Positions 25,681 through 39,083 of a DNA stretch of 64,000 bases are shown one piece after another. The notes below the pieces were generated by a model. That model was not told where the DNA came from and made no database searches. It was given only the letters and a program-made list of their open reading frames with translations. The DNA is from Felis catus (lineage: Eukaryota): assembly GCF_018350175.1 (NCBI RefSeq), contig NC_058368.1:4774001-4838000 (forward strand), written 5' to 3'. Position 1 is the first letter of the stretch; each line of letters opens with the position of its first letter. A program made the translations under genes and the position numbers.

Positions 25681-25957
25681 GAATGCAGAACTTAGTATTT
25701 ATCCGACAGATGACCACAGCAATTCCATTACTTTGAGAACAAATTTGAACTCTTCCTCGGGGCATAAATGCAAAATGGAAAACAAATGAGGTAGAAGGAA
25801 AATGACATTAATGGACCACATGCTTCAATGACGCTTCATTCAGGAGAGCCAACCATTTTCTATAAAAAGAATAATATCTGAACGTGATGATTAAGAAACC
25901 AGAGTTTGGCTAAGCTAAACACAGACAGGACGTTCTATAGTCAAATTCAGGGTGCTT

Positions 25958-26172
25958 TTTTTTTTTTTTTTTTCAACGTTTATTTATTTTTGGGAGAGAG
26001 ACAGAGCATGAACGGGGGAGGGGCAGAGAGAGAGGGAGACACAGAATCGGAAGCAGGCTCCAGGCTCCGAGCCATCAGCCCAGAGCCCGACGCGGGGCTC
26101 GAACTCATGGACCGCGAGATCGTGACCTGGCTGAAGTCGGACGCTTCACCGACTGCGCCACCCAGGCGCCCC
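25958..26172 (-). mobile_element. Young SINEC_Fc-type SINE
   Basis: TSD cagggtgcttt. Confidence 0.96.
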
Positions 26173-27219
26173 CAGGGTGCTTTGATGGGAATGATCAGCC
26201 ACGTAATTTAAGTCTTTTGTGACTAGACAGAAGAGGGAAGTTTGTGTGGTCCTACAAGATCAAGAAGGGAGATGCCTTTAATCAGTGGTATTCAAGTGGG
26301 GTCTCTAGGTCCTAGAGGAGTCGCAGAGATCAAAATTATTTCTGTAATAAAATATGAAGGTGTCATTTGATTTCTACCGTGTTGACATTTGTACCAATGC
26401 TGCTAAAGCAACGGTAGGTAGAGATACAGGGTCCTGGGCCTGAGTCAAGGCCCTCAACTATACTGGGGGCCCCATTAAATCTGTCACGGCCCTATGCTTG
26501 TAGTTACAAAAAACGAACAAACAAACATGTCCGTTTCACTGAAGAATGCCCATGATGAGGTAGTAAAACTTTAAATCTCAACCTTTTTAATAGTCTTAAA
26601 AAAGGAAACTTTTAATGTCAACCCTTGGAACAATCCACATAACAAAATGGAAAGTACCCATAGAGCACTCCTGTTGCACATGGAAGTACAGTAAATGTCT
26701 CGAGAAGTCCTTAAGCAATAGTTCGAGTTGCAAGCCTTTGGTTGCCACGGTGCACTATCTGTACCTGAAAGAATGACTGACGGACTGTGGTCGCTCAGAC
26801 TCGAGTTTGTTGGACACGTTTTCAAAAATCCTGTCACTGAAAGGAAAACAACAGAAGGTATCTGTTGCCAATAGTAAGATTCAGGTTTCGAGCAGAAATG
26901 AGGTTATTGAAAACCTGTCAGTCACCATGGACTTGACAGCTTTCCAATATCCCAAGAATTTTCTGACAAGATTGGTGTTGATATGAACAGGAATGCTTTT
27001 TTGATACGTATAGCAACATTTGGAAGACCTGCAGAATTCAGACAACCAATATTTTTCAAGAGATCAATGCATGCCGTGACCAAACTATGCATGGGTAAAG
27101 CACCCACTGAGAGTGCGAACGAGAACAATAGAGTTTAACGTAACAGCATGAATCTGAAACTACACTGTGACTCACCTTTAAGAAATGACGCTGGTTGAGA
27201 AACTCAAACCCACCATTAT

Positions 27220-27448
27220 TTTTTTTTTAATTTTTTTTTTTTTTACATTTATTTTTGAGAAACAGAGTGAGACAAAGCGTGAACAGGGGAGGGGCAGAGA
27301 GAGTAGGAGACACGGAATCTGAAGCAGGCTCCAGGCTCTGAGCAAGCGGTCAGCACAGAGCCCGATGTGGGGCTCGAACCCACGAACTGTGAGATCATGA
27401 CCTGAGCCGAAGTCGGACGCTCCACCGACCGAGCCACCCAGGCGCCCC
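27220..27448 (-). mobile_element. CAN-SINE inside Charlie1a
   Basis: TSD aaacccaccattattt. Confidence 0.96.
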
Positions 27449-27836
27449 AAACCCACCATTATTTGAAAGGGCTGTTGAAATACTTCCTCTTCCACAGAAA
27501 TATCTGAGTGAGGCCGGATTTCCTTATACACTTCGACTAAGAAAACAGATTGGGACAGATTCAAATGAAATGCCAAAGCAGAGAGAGGACTCCTGTCTTC
27601 TATTAAGCTAGACATTAAGGAGATTTGCAAAACTCCCAAACAGCACCACTCGTCTTACTCTTTTTTTCGGTTTGCTTTGGAAAACACTTACTTTCGTAAG
27701 AAAGTGTTATTTACGTGATGGGGTTATTACTGTGTTTTTACATAAATCAGTAAGTATTTTTACAATTTCTCAATCTTATTTTTTAATATCAGTAATTTAG
27801 CCCGTTGTAAACAAAAGCTCTCGAGGCTCGTCAGCT

Positions 27837-27927
27837 TTTCTAACTAGGCTCCCAATGTGGGGCTTGAACTCATGACCTTGATATCAAGAGTCACGCGCTT
27901 CACCAACTGAGCCGGCCCGGCGTCCCA
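27837..27927 (-). mobile_element. Short CAN-SINE inside Charlie1a
   Basis: TSD aggctc(g/t)tca. Confidence 0.85.
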
Positions 27928-29274
27928 GGCTCTTCAATGTTTAAGAGCCTCAAGGGGTCCTGAGACCAACAAGTTTGAGAACCCTTGCCTCATATGAACT
28001 AAATACAATTGGAGGACACACAACCAACAGTGAGTGCTACAGACTCTAAAGGAAGCCTCCAGCATGAGATGACTGAATCCAACCAATTTCATGGCGAATT
28101 TGGCCTCTCGCCATTATATTTGATCCAGAACAGAAAGGATATTAACCTTTTATTTTTTTTTCTCATTAAATTCCGCCGCTTGGCAGTAACCATGTTAAGA
28201 CGAGCAGATTAGTAGATTATGTAAGGAAGGGTCCCCTGGGTTTGGATTTAGATTGTTATACTACTTGATTTTCCCACTCTTGAGTTCCCCTCTTGCCCAA
28301 GACCATAAATGCAACAATTTCCCAGCATCATTCCAGGAGTCTAAACAGTCTTTGGAACAGCTGCAGAATGTTGATGGTCTCAGGATTCCTTAAAGGAATC
28401 TTTAAGGAATTTTTCTGTGGGTGGGGGAAGCCACCGCCCATGACTCTTCATTAAATGTTGAAAGCTCGCCCGCCCGCAACAATGAAAGAAACCGTGGATT
28501 CCTCAGAATCTCAGTGCAGATAAACTGTCCCCTCTTCCATAAATGAGGACTTGCTCCAGACAACTCTCTATCGCCTTCTTCCTTTCTGTTTAGTGAAAAG
28601 CCTATGCTTGATAAATGGGAAAAGCAAACGGTGGCTTCCGTGACTGCATTCACTTGAACACATTCCGCCTGGCACTGACTTCCTTCCTAAGGCTCACAGC
28701 TGGTCAAACTGTAGGGCCTACCTGCCACGGGAGGGACAGAAATGCAGCCAGGGCCAAGGCGATTGTCTCCAGGGACACGCTGAGCAGTATCCCAAACATA
28801 GATTCACTTTACTGGGGATGAGGCCAGAGGGTACACACAGCACCCACAGCTCCTCAGCACTGCACTGGGTCCCGCTGCAGGAAGGGACGGGGACCCAGAG
28901 CATAACGGGCCCCATGAAACTGAAGCCGGAAACATCTGGCCGGTTGGTGGCCGGTTTCTCCTTAGTTCCTTCTTCTGTGTCAGGGTTCATTACAATTGTC
29001 AATTTACCATTCTGAGTTGAAACCAGTAAGTTAGCAGAACATTTTGGGATGGGGAAGATCCCAGAAAGATTTCTACATGCAGATCAAATGAGCATACTCA
29101 CGAATGGTAATGAGTTTATACCTCTGACACTGGGAGGATCTGGACATCAGTATTGAAAGGGAAACCTCAGGCACCCTTCCGGCCCCATCAAATCACAAAG
29201 CTGCTTCTTATATACCTCTCAATTTGACTGTTTTTGACTTTCATTTTTATCAGATTTTTGAAGTTCTGTTTTCT

Positions 29275-29695
29275 TTTTAATTTTTTAAACAATATTTATT
29301 TTTACAGAGAGAAAGAGAGAGAGAGACAGAGAGACAGAGCATGAGTGGGGGAGGGGCAGAGAGAGAGGGAGACACAGAATCGGAAGCAGGCTCCAGGCTC
29401 CGAGCTGTCAGCACAGAGCCCGACCTGGGGCTTGAACTCACAGACCGCGAGATCATGACCTGGCTGAAGTCGGACGCTTAACCGACTACACCACCCAGGC
29501 GCCCCAAGTTTTTAAAAAAATGTTTATTTATTTTTGAGAGAGTGCGGGCAGGGGAGGCGTGGGGGGGGGGGGCACAGAGGATCCAAAGAGGGCTCTGTTG
29601 ACAGCAGCCAATGGTGGGGCTTGAACCTATGAATCACGAGATCATGACCCAAACCGAAGTCAGACGCTCAACCAACTGAGCCACCCAGGTGCCCC
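29275..29695 (-). mobile_element. Two CAN-SINEs in tandem (29275-29505, 29508-29695)
   Basis: Outer TSD ttgaagttct(g/a)ttttct. Confidence 0.93.
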
Positions 29696-30768
29696 TTGAA
29701 GTTCTATTTTCTGAGAAGTTTTGTAAAATTTGGTGGCTTCACACACTCTATGGATGTTAGGTGAGTGGTCTCAGTCGGGTCCTGTAGACCCAGGGTAATT
29801 TCATCAGTCATCTAACACGAGAGGCCTCGCTACAGGTCCCTAATAGTTAAATACCTTTAAAAAGTTAAACTGATATTTATCTAGATAAAATGTGTATCTC
29901 TTCTTTCTCCCCATTAAGTCGATTGTATTAAGGTAACCTTTCCAATCTGCCCCAAACTGAATCAAACAAATAAATGAGTCAAACAACACTCTCCAGCCAA
30001 GACTATATCAAAGGCCCCAGTATTTCCAGTTTTAGTGACTCAGGAAACAAAGACTAAGTCTCAGACCTACTGACTCAACTAAATTGAATTATAAGGATGA
30101 AAACCAGACTCTGAACTATGGCAACCGTCTAGGCAAGGCCGTCCTGAGCCGTGAAGGCATTTAGGTTCACTCCTTTTTAAAAGCGTGGTTACATTTTGGA
30201 GCAAACGTCACTCTCAGTGTAAAGTTAATTTCAAGTTCTTCTGCTCAGGAACTAGATTTTCCCATGTTCCCAAATCGGTAATGTCTTCTTTGCAACCCAA
30301 AGCCTCCATACTCTCTGTTACTACAGAAAAGAAATAAGCAGACAGCCTTTCCACACAGTCAGCCGCCCCAGTGAACAAACACAAAGGAAACTCAAGATAT
30401 TTGTAATCACTCCCTGTGAAATCTCTAGCAGAAGCATAGGTGGGTTGATTCCAACGGCATTCACTTCCTGCTCTTGCCATATGAGTAAATGTCAGGAAAC
30501 AACAGTGCCTTGAGTACTCAGCCCACAGAGGACAACTGTGGGTGAAGAATTACCCAAAGATGGAGAAGAGGGACCCAGAGAAGCAACTTGCCTAAAGAGG
30601 TAACTTGTAAATACACTACCGAGGACACCTTGGAGACCTAGATCTCTAACGAGGTATCTGAAGTCCACTTCCTCAGGTCTGGAATGAACCGAAGAACATT
30701 GCATGCAGCTATAAAAAAGAGAATTCTCCAGTGTTGATTGAGCATTATTTAAGGGAGAGAGAAGATAT

Positions 30769-30858
30769 GGGGCACCTGGCTGGCTCAGTTGGTACAGTTG
30801 TGAGTTTGAGCCCCATGCTGGGTGTAGAGACTACTTAAAGATAAAATCTTTAAAAACA
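30769..30858 (+). mobile_element. Short CAN-SINE with internal deletion
   Basis: ggggcacctggctggctcagttggta..gagccccatgctgggtgtagag; TSD gagaa(g)gatatg. Confidence 0.85.
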
Positions 30859-31584
30859 GAAAGGGAGAAGGAGAAGGATATGAGATTATAAGATCCTCAA
30901 GGGTAGGTTATTATCACTGATCTTTGCATCCACAGTGCCTGGCATGGTAACCAATATGTGGTACTCAGTACACGCTCACTGATCTGTTTTATGGTAGAAA
31001 TCTTGGCTATTAGAAACATTTTACCAGACATCCTTGATAAGCCTGAGGCCATTTAATTTTCTTAGGTCATCTAATTTTCCGTTTCCTAATTCAAAGTTTG
31101 CCAAGCACACCGCTGGTCACAGATGTGTTTTCCCCACTGTCCTGCTATCCGGAACATCCCTGGAGAGTGGGTACAAGTATTCTGGTCGCTGAAAAGGACT
31201 TTCTCCCACTATAAATTGATAAATTGGAATCCTGGCCTATGAAATGTGAGCATGGGTCAGTATACTAGAGTCTGACTCGCTCCAGGTAAACTGATAATAA
31301 CCGAGTTACCAAACCGGTAAAGCTCAGGACAAGACTTCCGCCTGCGCTAAGCCCTAAAGAGAGGGCCACAGATGCGAGGTCCTGCCTACGCTGTAGGCCA
31401 CCAGTCCTGACACCAGTATGAAGCCTACCCACCACCGGCAGCAGTCTAATAGTGGCATAAATAAATGAGATGCAGCTACGTAAATAAATAAAGATAAGCT
31501 TTAACACGTTTGCTGCTTTGAATGGTAAAAGGTAATGAGAAATGGAAGAGAATGGAGCAAACTAGGTGAACATACAGGTTTCGG

Positions 31585-31730
31585 AGGTTAGGAAAGCTAG
31601 GATTGCATTTGGTGGTTACTTTGTGAATTTAAGCAAATTATTTAACCTTCCTCAATCTCTCAATTTTCTTTGTGAAACTGAGACAATAATCATATCCATT
31701 GCATTAGGTTGGGAGGAATGAGAGAATCTA
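31585..31730 (+). mobile_element. MIR
   Basis: gcaaattatttaacctt..ctcaattttc..tgtgaaactgagacaataat. Confidence 0.65.
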
Positions 31731-32192
31731 CAAAAAGATTTAAAATTTTCCATTGCTAGCAAAATGGCGGACTAGAGAAAATCCTCCCACTACAGAATGC
31801 TTAAGGATGCTGAGTTCAAAATTATTTTTTTTTTAATCTTTAAAAATGTATGGACTAGGTCTCAAGAGAGTAAAACCTTCCTCTGAAATCAGGAATGAAG
31901 CTGTAGGATCAATCCAAGGAAATGAGAAATTATCGGACATTCAGCTAGCCTGGAGGCACCTTCCGGTCCCAGATGGTCCAAGCTTTCATCTTAATGGAAA
32001 CATGGGTGGGCAAGGGATTAGGGGGAAGGAGAACCAAAGACCACTACAGAAAGACAAGGCACATAAAAGGCTATGCCTTTAGAGAAATGTTAAATAAGGG
32101 AAAAACATGAACACCCCACCCAGGCAGCAGACAAGGAAAGTCATCTGTCTCAGTCTTGACTTTTAGTGGAAGAAGAAAAAGTCTTCCCGAGT

Positions 32193-32594
32193 CAGGTTGT
32201 CAGATTTAGAAATAAAAATACAGAGTGCCAGGGTTTTCTAGAGCAGGGAAACTATTCTACACTTGTCCAAATCAATAGAATGTACACCACCAACAAACCC
32301 TAATGTAAACTATGGACTTTGGGTGTTAAATCTGTGTCAATGTTGGTTCATTGATTGTAATAAACATACCATTCTGGTGGGAGATGTTGATGGAAGGGAG
32401 GCTGTGTGGGTGTGGGGAGGAGGGGTATGTGAGAACCTAGAACTAAATGCTCAGTTTTGCTGTGAACCCAAAGCTACTCTAAAAAATAAAATCTATTTAT
32501 TTTATATAAATAACATGCTTATACTAAAAATGTATTCACTGTCGATTTGAAATTCAAATTTAACAAGGCACCCCGTATTTTTTATGGCAACACT
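32193..32594. mobile_element. MER53 palindromic MITE split by an L1MC 3' end
   Basis: Left arm caggttgtcagatttagaaataaaaatacag. Right arm cttatactaaaaa...tgaaattcaaatttaac...gtattttttatggcaacact. Confidence 0.8.
32232..32505 (+). mobile_element. L1MC1/2-type 3' end inside MER53
   Basis: gaatgtaca..aaccctaatgtaaactatggactttgggtg..ttttgctgtgaacccaaagctactctaaaaaataaa. Confidence 0.85.
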
Positions 32595-32802
32595 GCCCTT
32601 CATAATCCATGGCTATCAGCCAGACCTAATATGGATTTGGGTCATGAATTCACATTACCTGTCTAAAAACTGTAAACTAAAATATTTTTATTAAATAGAT
32701 CAAAATTTGTATTGTCCCTAGGTGCCTGGTAAAAGCAAACAAAAAACTTCTTCCTATAAAAAAATGCATCTTTACCCCAGGCCTCAAAATATTCCCGCAG
32801 TA

Positions 32803-32980
32803 GGGGTGCCTGGGTGGCTTAGTCAGTTAAGTGCGATTCTGGCTCAAGTCGCGATCTCGTTGATCTCACTGTGCTGATGGCATGCAGCCTGCTTGGGATT
32901 CTCTCTCTCCATCTCTCTCTGCCCCTCCCCTGCTCTCTCTCTTTCTCTCTCTCGAAATAAATCAATAAACATTAAAAAAA
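32803..32980 (+). mobile_element. CAN-SINE with internal deletion
   Basis: TSD attccc(g/a)ca(g/a)a-like; head and CT tract present. Confidence 0.88.
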
Positions 32981-33496
32981 ATTCCCACAAATAGATTTCA
33001 AACAAATGTAACATTACAATAGAAAAATACAAGGAAACAAAAGGACCACAGAAAAAAATACATGGACCAGACTCACCAGGACATTAGATATTGGACTAAT
33101 CAGATATAGAAAATAAACCATTTAAATAAATAAATCAGAAATTGAAACCATAAGCGAGAAGAATTTTTATATGACCAGAAACATTAAAAAACTAACCTCT
33201 AAAATAGATAAATATAATTATTGAAATGAAAAACTCAAAGAAACCATTAAAAAGCAGATTATACATGACTGAATAAAAAATCAATGATCTAGAAGCCAGA
33301 ATCCAGCACCAAGAAAAAGAAAGAAAAATATGAAGGGAAAGTAGAATACGAAAGCTTGAGTAAGAACTAAAAAACATTCAATGAAATTCCAAAAGGAGAG
33401 GAAACTAGAATTTTCCAAAACCGATAGTAGTTTTAAGGACTGATAAACCCTCAGAATTAAGAAGCGTAAAGAATACCAAGAAAGATCACTTTATTA

Positions 33497-33940
33497 TTCA
33501 TCAGTGGATGAATCGATACAGAATATGTGGTTTATACATACACGATGGAATACTACTCAGCCATAAAAAAAAAACCACAAAATTTTGCCATTTGCAACAA
33601 CATGGATGGATCTAGAAGGCAGAATGCTAAGTGAAACAATTCAGTCAGAGAAAGACAACTACCATCTGATCTCACTCATGTGGAATTTAAGAAACAAAAC
33701 AAACACAAAAGAGACAAATGTAAAAACAGACTCAAATATAAAGAACAAAATGATGGTTATCAGAGGTGAGGTGAATGGGGAGATGAGTGAAATAGGTGAA
33801 GGGGATTAAGAAGACGCTTATCCCGGTAAGTGCAGAGTAATGTACAGAATTGTTGAATTGCTATGTTGTACATTATGTGCATAGTAATACAACACTGTAT
33901 GTCAATTATGCTAGAATTAGAAAAAATAAGAAATGAATAA
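33497..33940 (+). mobile_element. LINE-1 3' end (L1_Carn/L1MA type)
   Basis: atggaatactactcagccataaaaa..., PFATTWMDLEGRMLSE motif, A-rich end. Confidence 0.9.
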
Positions 33941-34052
33941 AATTTTTAAAAAACCAAAATTCAGAATACTGACTACCTTTTGAGAGAAAACAGTGTGCAC
34001 AATCGTGGACTAACGTGCAGGGAACTCCAGATATTTATAATGTTCTATTTCT

Positions 34053-34252
34053 TTTCTTCTTTAATGTTTATTTTTGAGAGACAGAGCATGAGTGAGGGAG
34101 GGGCAGAGAGAGAGGGAGACACAGAATCAAAAGCAGGCTCCAGGTTCCACACTGTCAGCGCAGAGCCCGACGTGGGGCTCGAACTCGCAAGCCATGAGAT
34201 GATGGCCTGAGCCCAAGTTGGATGCTTAACCACTGAGTCCCCCAGGCGCCCC
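34053..34252 (-). mobile_element. CAN-SINE
   Basis: TSD tataatgttctatttctt. Confidence 0.95.
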
Positions 34253-34629
34253 TATAATGTTCTATTTCTTAAGATGTATGGGGGGGGGTCCAGAGGTTCA
34301 CTTTATTATTATGCATCCTAATACACATGCACATCAATATTCCTTTTCATTACCAAATATTTATAAAAACATGAAAAATGTTTAAAAAGACCTTATTGTG
34401 TAGTGCACATAGTCAGCATTCAGTATCTAATGATAACACAACAGCTGCTGTGCAGTCACCAGAAGATCTCTAGTGGCATGGGCCTCAGGGGCACTGGGTT
34501 GCTAATACTTTCCAGCTAGGACCCCCTATTCATGTATGTGGCTGGTCTTGTCATGGCGACAACTCAGGAGAATGAAGTGGTCCTTCTTCTTTACCAGCAG
34601 CCTGATTCATCTTTACCCCTTCATCCTCC

Positions 34630-34692
34630 TCATCCATCCACCCATCCACCCATCCATCCATCCATCCATCCATCCATCCATCCATCCATCCA
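34630..34692. repeat. (CATC)n tetranucleotide repeat
   Basis: Read directly. Confidence 0.95.
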
Positions 34693-35062
34693 ATAAATAT
34701 TTAAGTACCTCCCAAGGTCTGGGAACCTCCAGACTTCAGCTTTCATCCAAAGTCCTACAGTTTGAAGAATCTTAGGGCAACAATCGGTTAGCAAGTTATA
34801 GATACATGACTGGAGTCTAGTCCAAGGTGTATCTGATCCCTCTCCCTTGACCACCCTTCTACCAGTGTGTTTTGAAATGGATTGTTGTGATTCATAAACT
34901 TGCATAATACATGATTCACAAGCTTCTCCCACACATTCGTGATTTTCATCCCCTCAATTCTGGTAACTGAAGCTCCCAGCTCACATGCACCGACGTGAAA
35001 TGCCTTCATGACAAGTAACCAGGAGATTTTATCGTGAACTGACTGCGATATTAGAGAGGATC

Positions 35063-35537
35063 TGTGTGTAGGTTTCCTACTGCTGCTGTGCCTAACTATC
35101 ACAAACTTGAAATAAGATTTGTCACCTACAGCTCTGTAGGTGGAACACCCAACAGGGGTCTTACCGGGCTAAAATGAAGGGCTCAACAGGGCTGTGTTCT
35201 TTCCTGGAGAATCTTTTTCATTGCCTTTCGCAGCCCCTGGATGTAGCCCATGTTCCTGGGCCGCTGGCCCCTCCTCCGCCTTCAAAACCAGCAATGTCAG
35301 ATCCAGTCCGCACGCAGAACTCCCCACACCCGCTCTTCTGCTTCCCCTCTCCCCACTTTTAAGGACCCTTGTGATTTCACTGGATCCACCGGATAATCCA
35401 GGATCATTCTCTAGTCTAGGCATCAGCCGATGAGCACCCCTAATGCCTCTTTGCCATATAAAGGAATATGTTTAGGTTCCGGGGATTAGGACGTGGACAT
35501 CTTTGCAGGTAGGGGTGGAACTACTCCACCGATCATA
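35063..35537 (-). mobile_element. MLT1D-type MaLR solo LTR
   Basis: ttcaaaaccagcaatg..ttttaaggacccttgtgatt..ggataatccaggat..ggggattaggacgtggacatcttt. Confidence 0.88.
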
Positions 35538-36005
35538 CTATGAGACATCACTCATTATTCCCGAATTTTCTCTCTAAATTAGATGATCAAAAAGTAAGCC
35601 ATCGGGATCATGGTATCTCTACCTTCCAGAGAAATGATTTACTTAAGCCATGCCTTAATGTCTACCTTTAGAGAAGATCCAAGTGTGACTGAACAACCTC
35701 TGTGTTTTTCAGAAACGATTGAAGTTACTGTTCAGCACGTTATTCAATGTTCTTTTAATGTAAGAGCCTACCTTATAATTTTTTGCTAGAGTTTAATACC
35801 AGGAAAACGTCTGATTCAGCGGATGGATTCGCCAAATGAAAACAACGTGGACCACAGTCTTGTCTACCTTGCGCTGGTGGCCAGAAAATTTCAGAATGAA
35901 ATTCACCCCACTTCCTGTAGTTTCTGTTTTGTTTTAGCTCTAAAAAAATTTTCTCATTTTGGGTTTTTAAAGTTACTGCAAGTACTCTAAACAGTAGTCA
36001 CTTCA

Positions 36006-36212
36006 GGGACGCCTGGGTGGCTCAGTCAGTTGAGCGTCTGCCTCTTGATTTCGGCTCAGGTCACAATCCCAGGGTCATGGGATTGAGCCCCCACGTTGGG
36101 CTCCACACGAAGCATGGAGCCTGCTTAAGATTCTCTCTCTCTCCCTCTACCCCTCTCCCCCACTCATGTTCCCTCTCTAAAATTTAAAAAAAAAAATCTT
36201 CTAAAAAAAAGA
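36006..36212 (+). mobile_element. CAN-SINE
   Basis: TSD agtagtca(c/t)ttc. Confidence 0.93.
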
Positions 36213-36245
36213 AGTAGTCATTTCTGTCTTAATAAATATAATGAA

Positions 36246-36468
36246 GGGGCGCCTGGGTGGCTCAGTCGGTTAAGCGTCCGACTTCAGCTCAGGTCACGAT
36301 CTCGCGGTCGGTGAGTTCGAGCCCCGCGTCAGGCTCTGTGCTGACAGCTCAGAGCCTGGAGTCTGCTTCGGATTCTGTGTCTCCCTCTCTCTCTCTGCCC
36401 CTCCCCCGTTCATGCTGTGTCTCTCTCTGTCTCAAAAATAAACGTTAAAAAAATTTAAAAAATAAATA
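36246..36468 (+). mobile_element. CAN-SINE
   Basis: TSD aataaatataatgaa. Confidence 0.96.
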
Positions 36469-37063
36469 AATAAATATAATGAAAACATCTATTAACCTTT
36501 TTTAAAAAAAGAGATTACTTTCACCTACTTTTGAAAAACTTACAAATGCTTTAGCAGGTTCAGAATACTGTAATTAAGAAATATTAAGATTTTCTAAGAA
36601 TTTATGCCTAATATGTACTCAAAAGATATTTGGTGAATAACACCTAATAACCAGTGAGCACTATAGCATTTTATTAAATCTAGCTCCACGGACCTAAACG
36701 CTGCTAGGATATTCTATGGTTTCAAGGCCCCAAACCACCACAGTTAATAGGGGAAAGCATAGATAGCCGGGGATATGCCTCCCACTCTCACTTCTAGAAG
36801 TGCCAGCTACAGGTTCCTTTGGCCACACTTTCACATGCAGAGCAATTAGGTACAAATAAGCCTCCCAGCATTTATGTGGGACCACAGTGCAGCCTGACCT
36901 GCCTTTTCTGCTTGGTATTCCTTTAATCACCTTTACGCAACCTGTGCCTCCAGCAAATGGGACCCTTCGGGGTTCCCCAAAATTCCTTAACTTACGCTGT
37001 GCTCTGTACTTAGCATATTGCCCCATCTTCTCACACTCTGGGAGTCCTCCCATGTGCATCCTT

Positions 37064-37255
37064 TTTAAAAATAATAATTTCCTAAGTTTATTTATTTACT
37101 ATCGAGAGAGAGGGCAAGCTGGGGAGGGCAGGGAGAGAGAGGGAGACACAGAATCTGTAGCATGCTCCAGGCTCTGAGCCGTCAGCACAGAGACCGTGAG
37201 ATCATGACCTGAGCAGAAGTCAGATGCTCAACCCACTGGGCCACCCGGGCGCCCC
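37064..37255 (-). mobile_element. CAN-SINE with internal deletion
   Basis: TSD cccatgtgcatcctt. Confidence 0.93.
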
Positions 37256-37935
37256 TCCCCCATGTGCATCCTTAAAGGCCACCTTCTCCATCCTGCCTCC
37301 TGCCATGCAGGCTCTCTCTTGTGAAACCCCACGGTACTTTGTTTCTTATGGTTCTTACATTTTATGTTCTACTTTGTAATGCAACTGTACGTGCACAGAC
37401 ACACACACATGCTTACGAACCATTTGCATTACTTATCTTTATAATCCCTTTTAGAAGAAAGTGCCTTGTAAATGACATGCGCTCAAAAGTATCCATTGAA
37501 TTTAACTGCATATAAATTCCCACATATAATTTAATTATATGCATAACTTTTGTGCTAATAGGAATAAAAACCATGCTACCACTTATTACACTGCATTACA
37601 TTTTGCGGACCAGTTTATCTGGATAGTTCGCCCAAAGGTTTGTTGAAATTCGAATATATTTAATTTAAGATTCAACAGCTCCCTCTCGTGGCCTCTGTGG
37701 GCAACTGAGCTTGCTGGACTCCAGAGTTAAAACAATTTCATTTTATTTTTGGTACTTAAATTTGAAGTGGTTCTCAATAATTTCAGTTTTAATGTTAAAA
37801 ACTGATTGCCACTGAATGGTAAATTTCATCTGGCATAAAAGTGTCATTTTTATGCCAAGAATAAATATAGGCAGTTCTTGGTCAATGGTTTCCATCTCAA
37901 ATGACTATAAACCTGTTGTTAAAAATATGAATATA

Positions 37936-38140
37936 GGGGTGCCTGGGTGGTTCAGTCGGTTAAGCAGCCAACTTCGGTCAGGTCATGATCTCGCGGTCTG
38001 TGAGTTCAAGCCCCGCGTCGGGCTCTGTGCTGATAGCTCAGAGCCTGGAGCCTGTTTCAGATTCTGTGTCTCCCTCTCTCTGACCCTCCCCCATTCATGC
38101 TCTGTCTCTCTCTGTCTCAAAAGTAAATAAGCGTTAAAAA
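37936..38140 (+). mobile_element. CAN-SINE
   Basis: TSD aaaatatgaatata-like. Confidence 0.95.
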
Positions 38141-39044
38141 AAATATATGAATATATTTTAATTCAAATGTTAATAAATATTTGATTAAGGTTACAAAGCA
38201 AGTTTTCAGAAGGTCACGTATACTTCACCAGTACATGAGAATGACTATATCTTGGAACTCAGTGACAATACACAACACTCTATTTTTGCTTTTTCCAAAT
38301 TCTGGAACAGTATCAGTTACAAATAACTTAAAAGCTCAAGCATTTTAACTATACAATCAAATGTTCAAGTTGAAATGGAACAACATAAAACAAGGAACCA
38401 AGTAAAACTGCAAAACGTTACACCCCAAAGTATAGCTCTTAATGAGGCCCAAATCTCTTAAGACACCATGCCCATGGCCTGGGGGTTTCGGCCGTGAAGG
38501 GGAAAGCTAAGGAGGTCAAGGTCTGGCTGTTGGTGGGTCTCCACACTCCGTGGCGGGCTTCCCAAGGAAGCAGCCCAAGCCAGAGCATCACACAGTGAGA
38601 GGCTAAGCTCCAATAAAGCTAACTGTCTGAATTCTGGAAGAGCACAAAATGCTGCAGCTGGCCAGAGGCTCTCCAAAGTACTCCAGGGAGAAAGTGATGG
38701 GGATCCCAACCTCCCCCGTCTTCACTGGCTCCAGAGAGGACGAGAAGAAACAGAAGCGCAACACTGAAATCTACAGCTATCATTGCTCATGTGACCTCCT
38801 TTGAGAAAATAAAACATCTATTTAATAGAAGCTTTTCTTGTATCCAGAATGTATCTTTCCCTTTGGAGTCCCACTGTTGCCTAGGATTCCAAGAATTATT
38901 TACAAGCATTATAATTTTTGTGAATACTTTGATAGTTTCCCCTCTGGAGTTGTGTTTTTATATAAAATCTGACTTCAGAGAAGCATTTTCATTAGTGATA
39001 TTTGTTCTAATTGGGAAGGATGCACAAGAGGAAAAAAATAGAGA

Positions 39045-39046
<2 letters not shown>

Positions 39047-39079
<33 letters not shown>
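39047..39079. repeat. (CA)n microsatellite
   Basis: Read directly. Confidence 0.97.

Positions 39080-39083
<4 letters not shown>

Larger units (their letters stand above)
26283..27987 (+). mobile_element. Charlie1a-like hAT DNA transposon fossil with two SINE insertions
   Basis: Starts cagtggtattcaagtgggg, internal gtgttgacatttg.., ends aaggggtcctgagaccaacaagtttgagaacccttg. Imperfect 8-bp TSD cctttaat/cctcatat. Confidence 0.85.
31750..33480 (+). mobile_element. Old L1M 5'/ORF1 remnant, interrupted by MER53, L1MC and a SINE
   Basis: caaaatggcggactag-type start and A-rich degenerate ORF1-like sequence. Confidence 0.55.
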
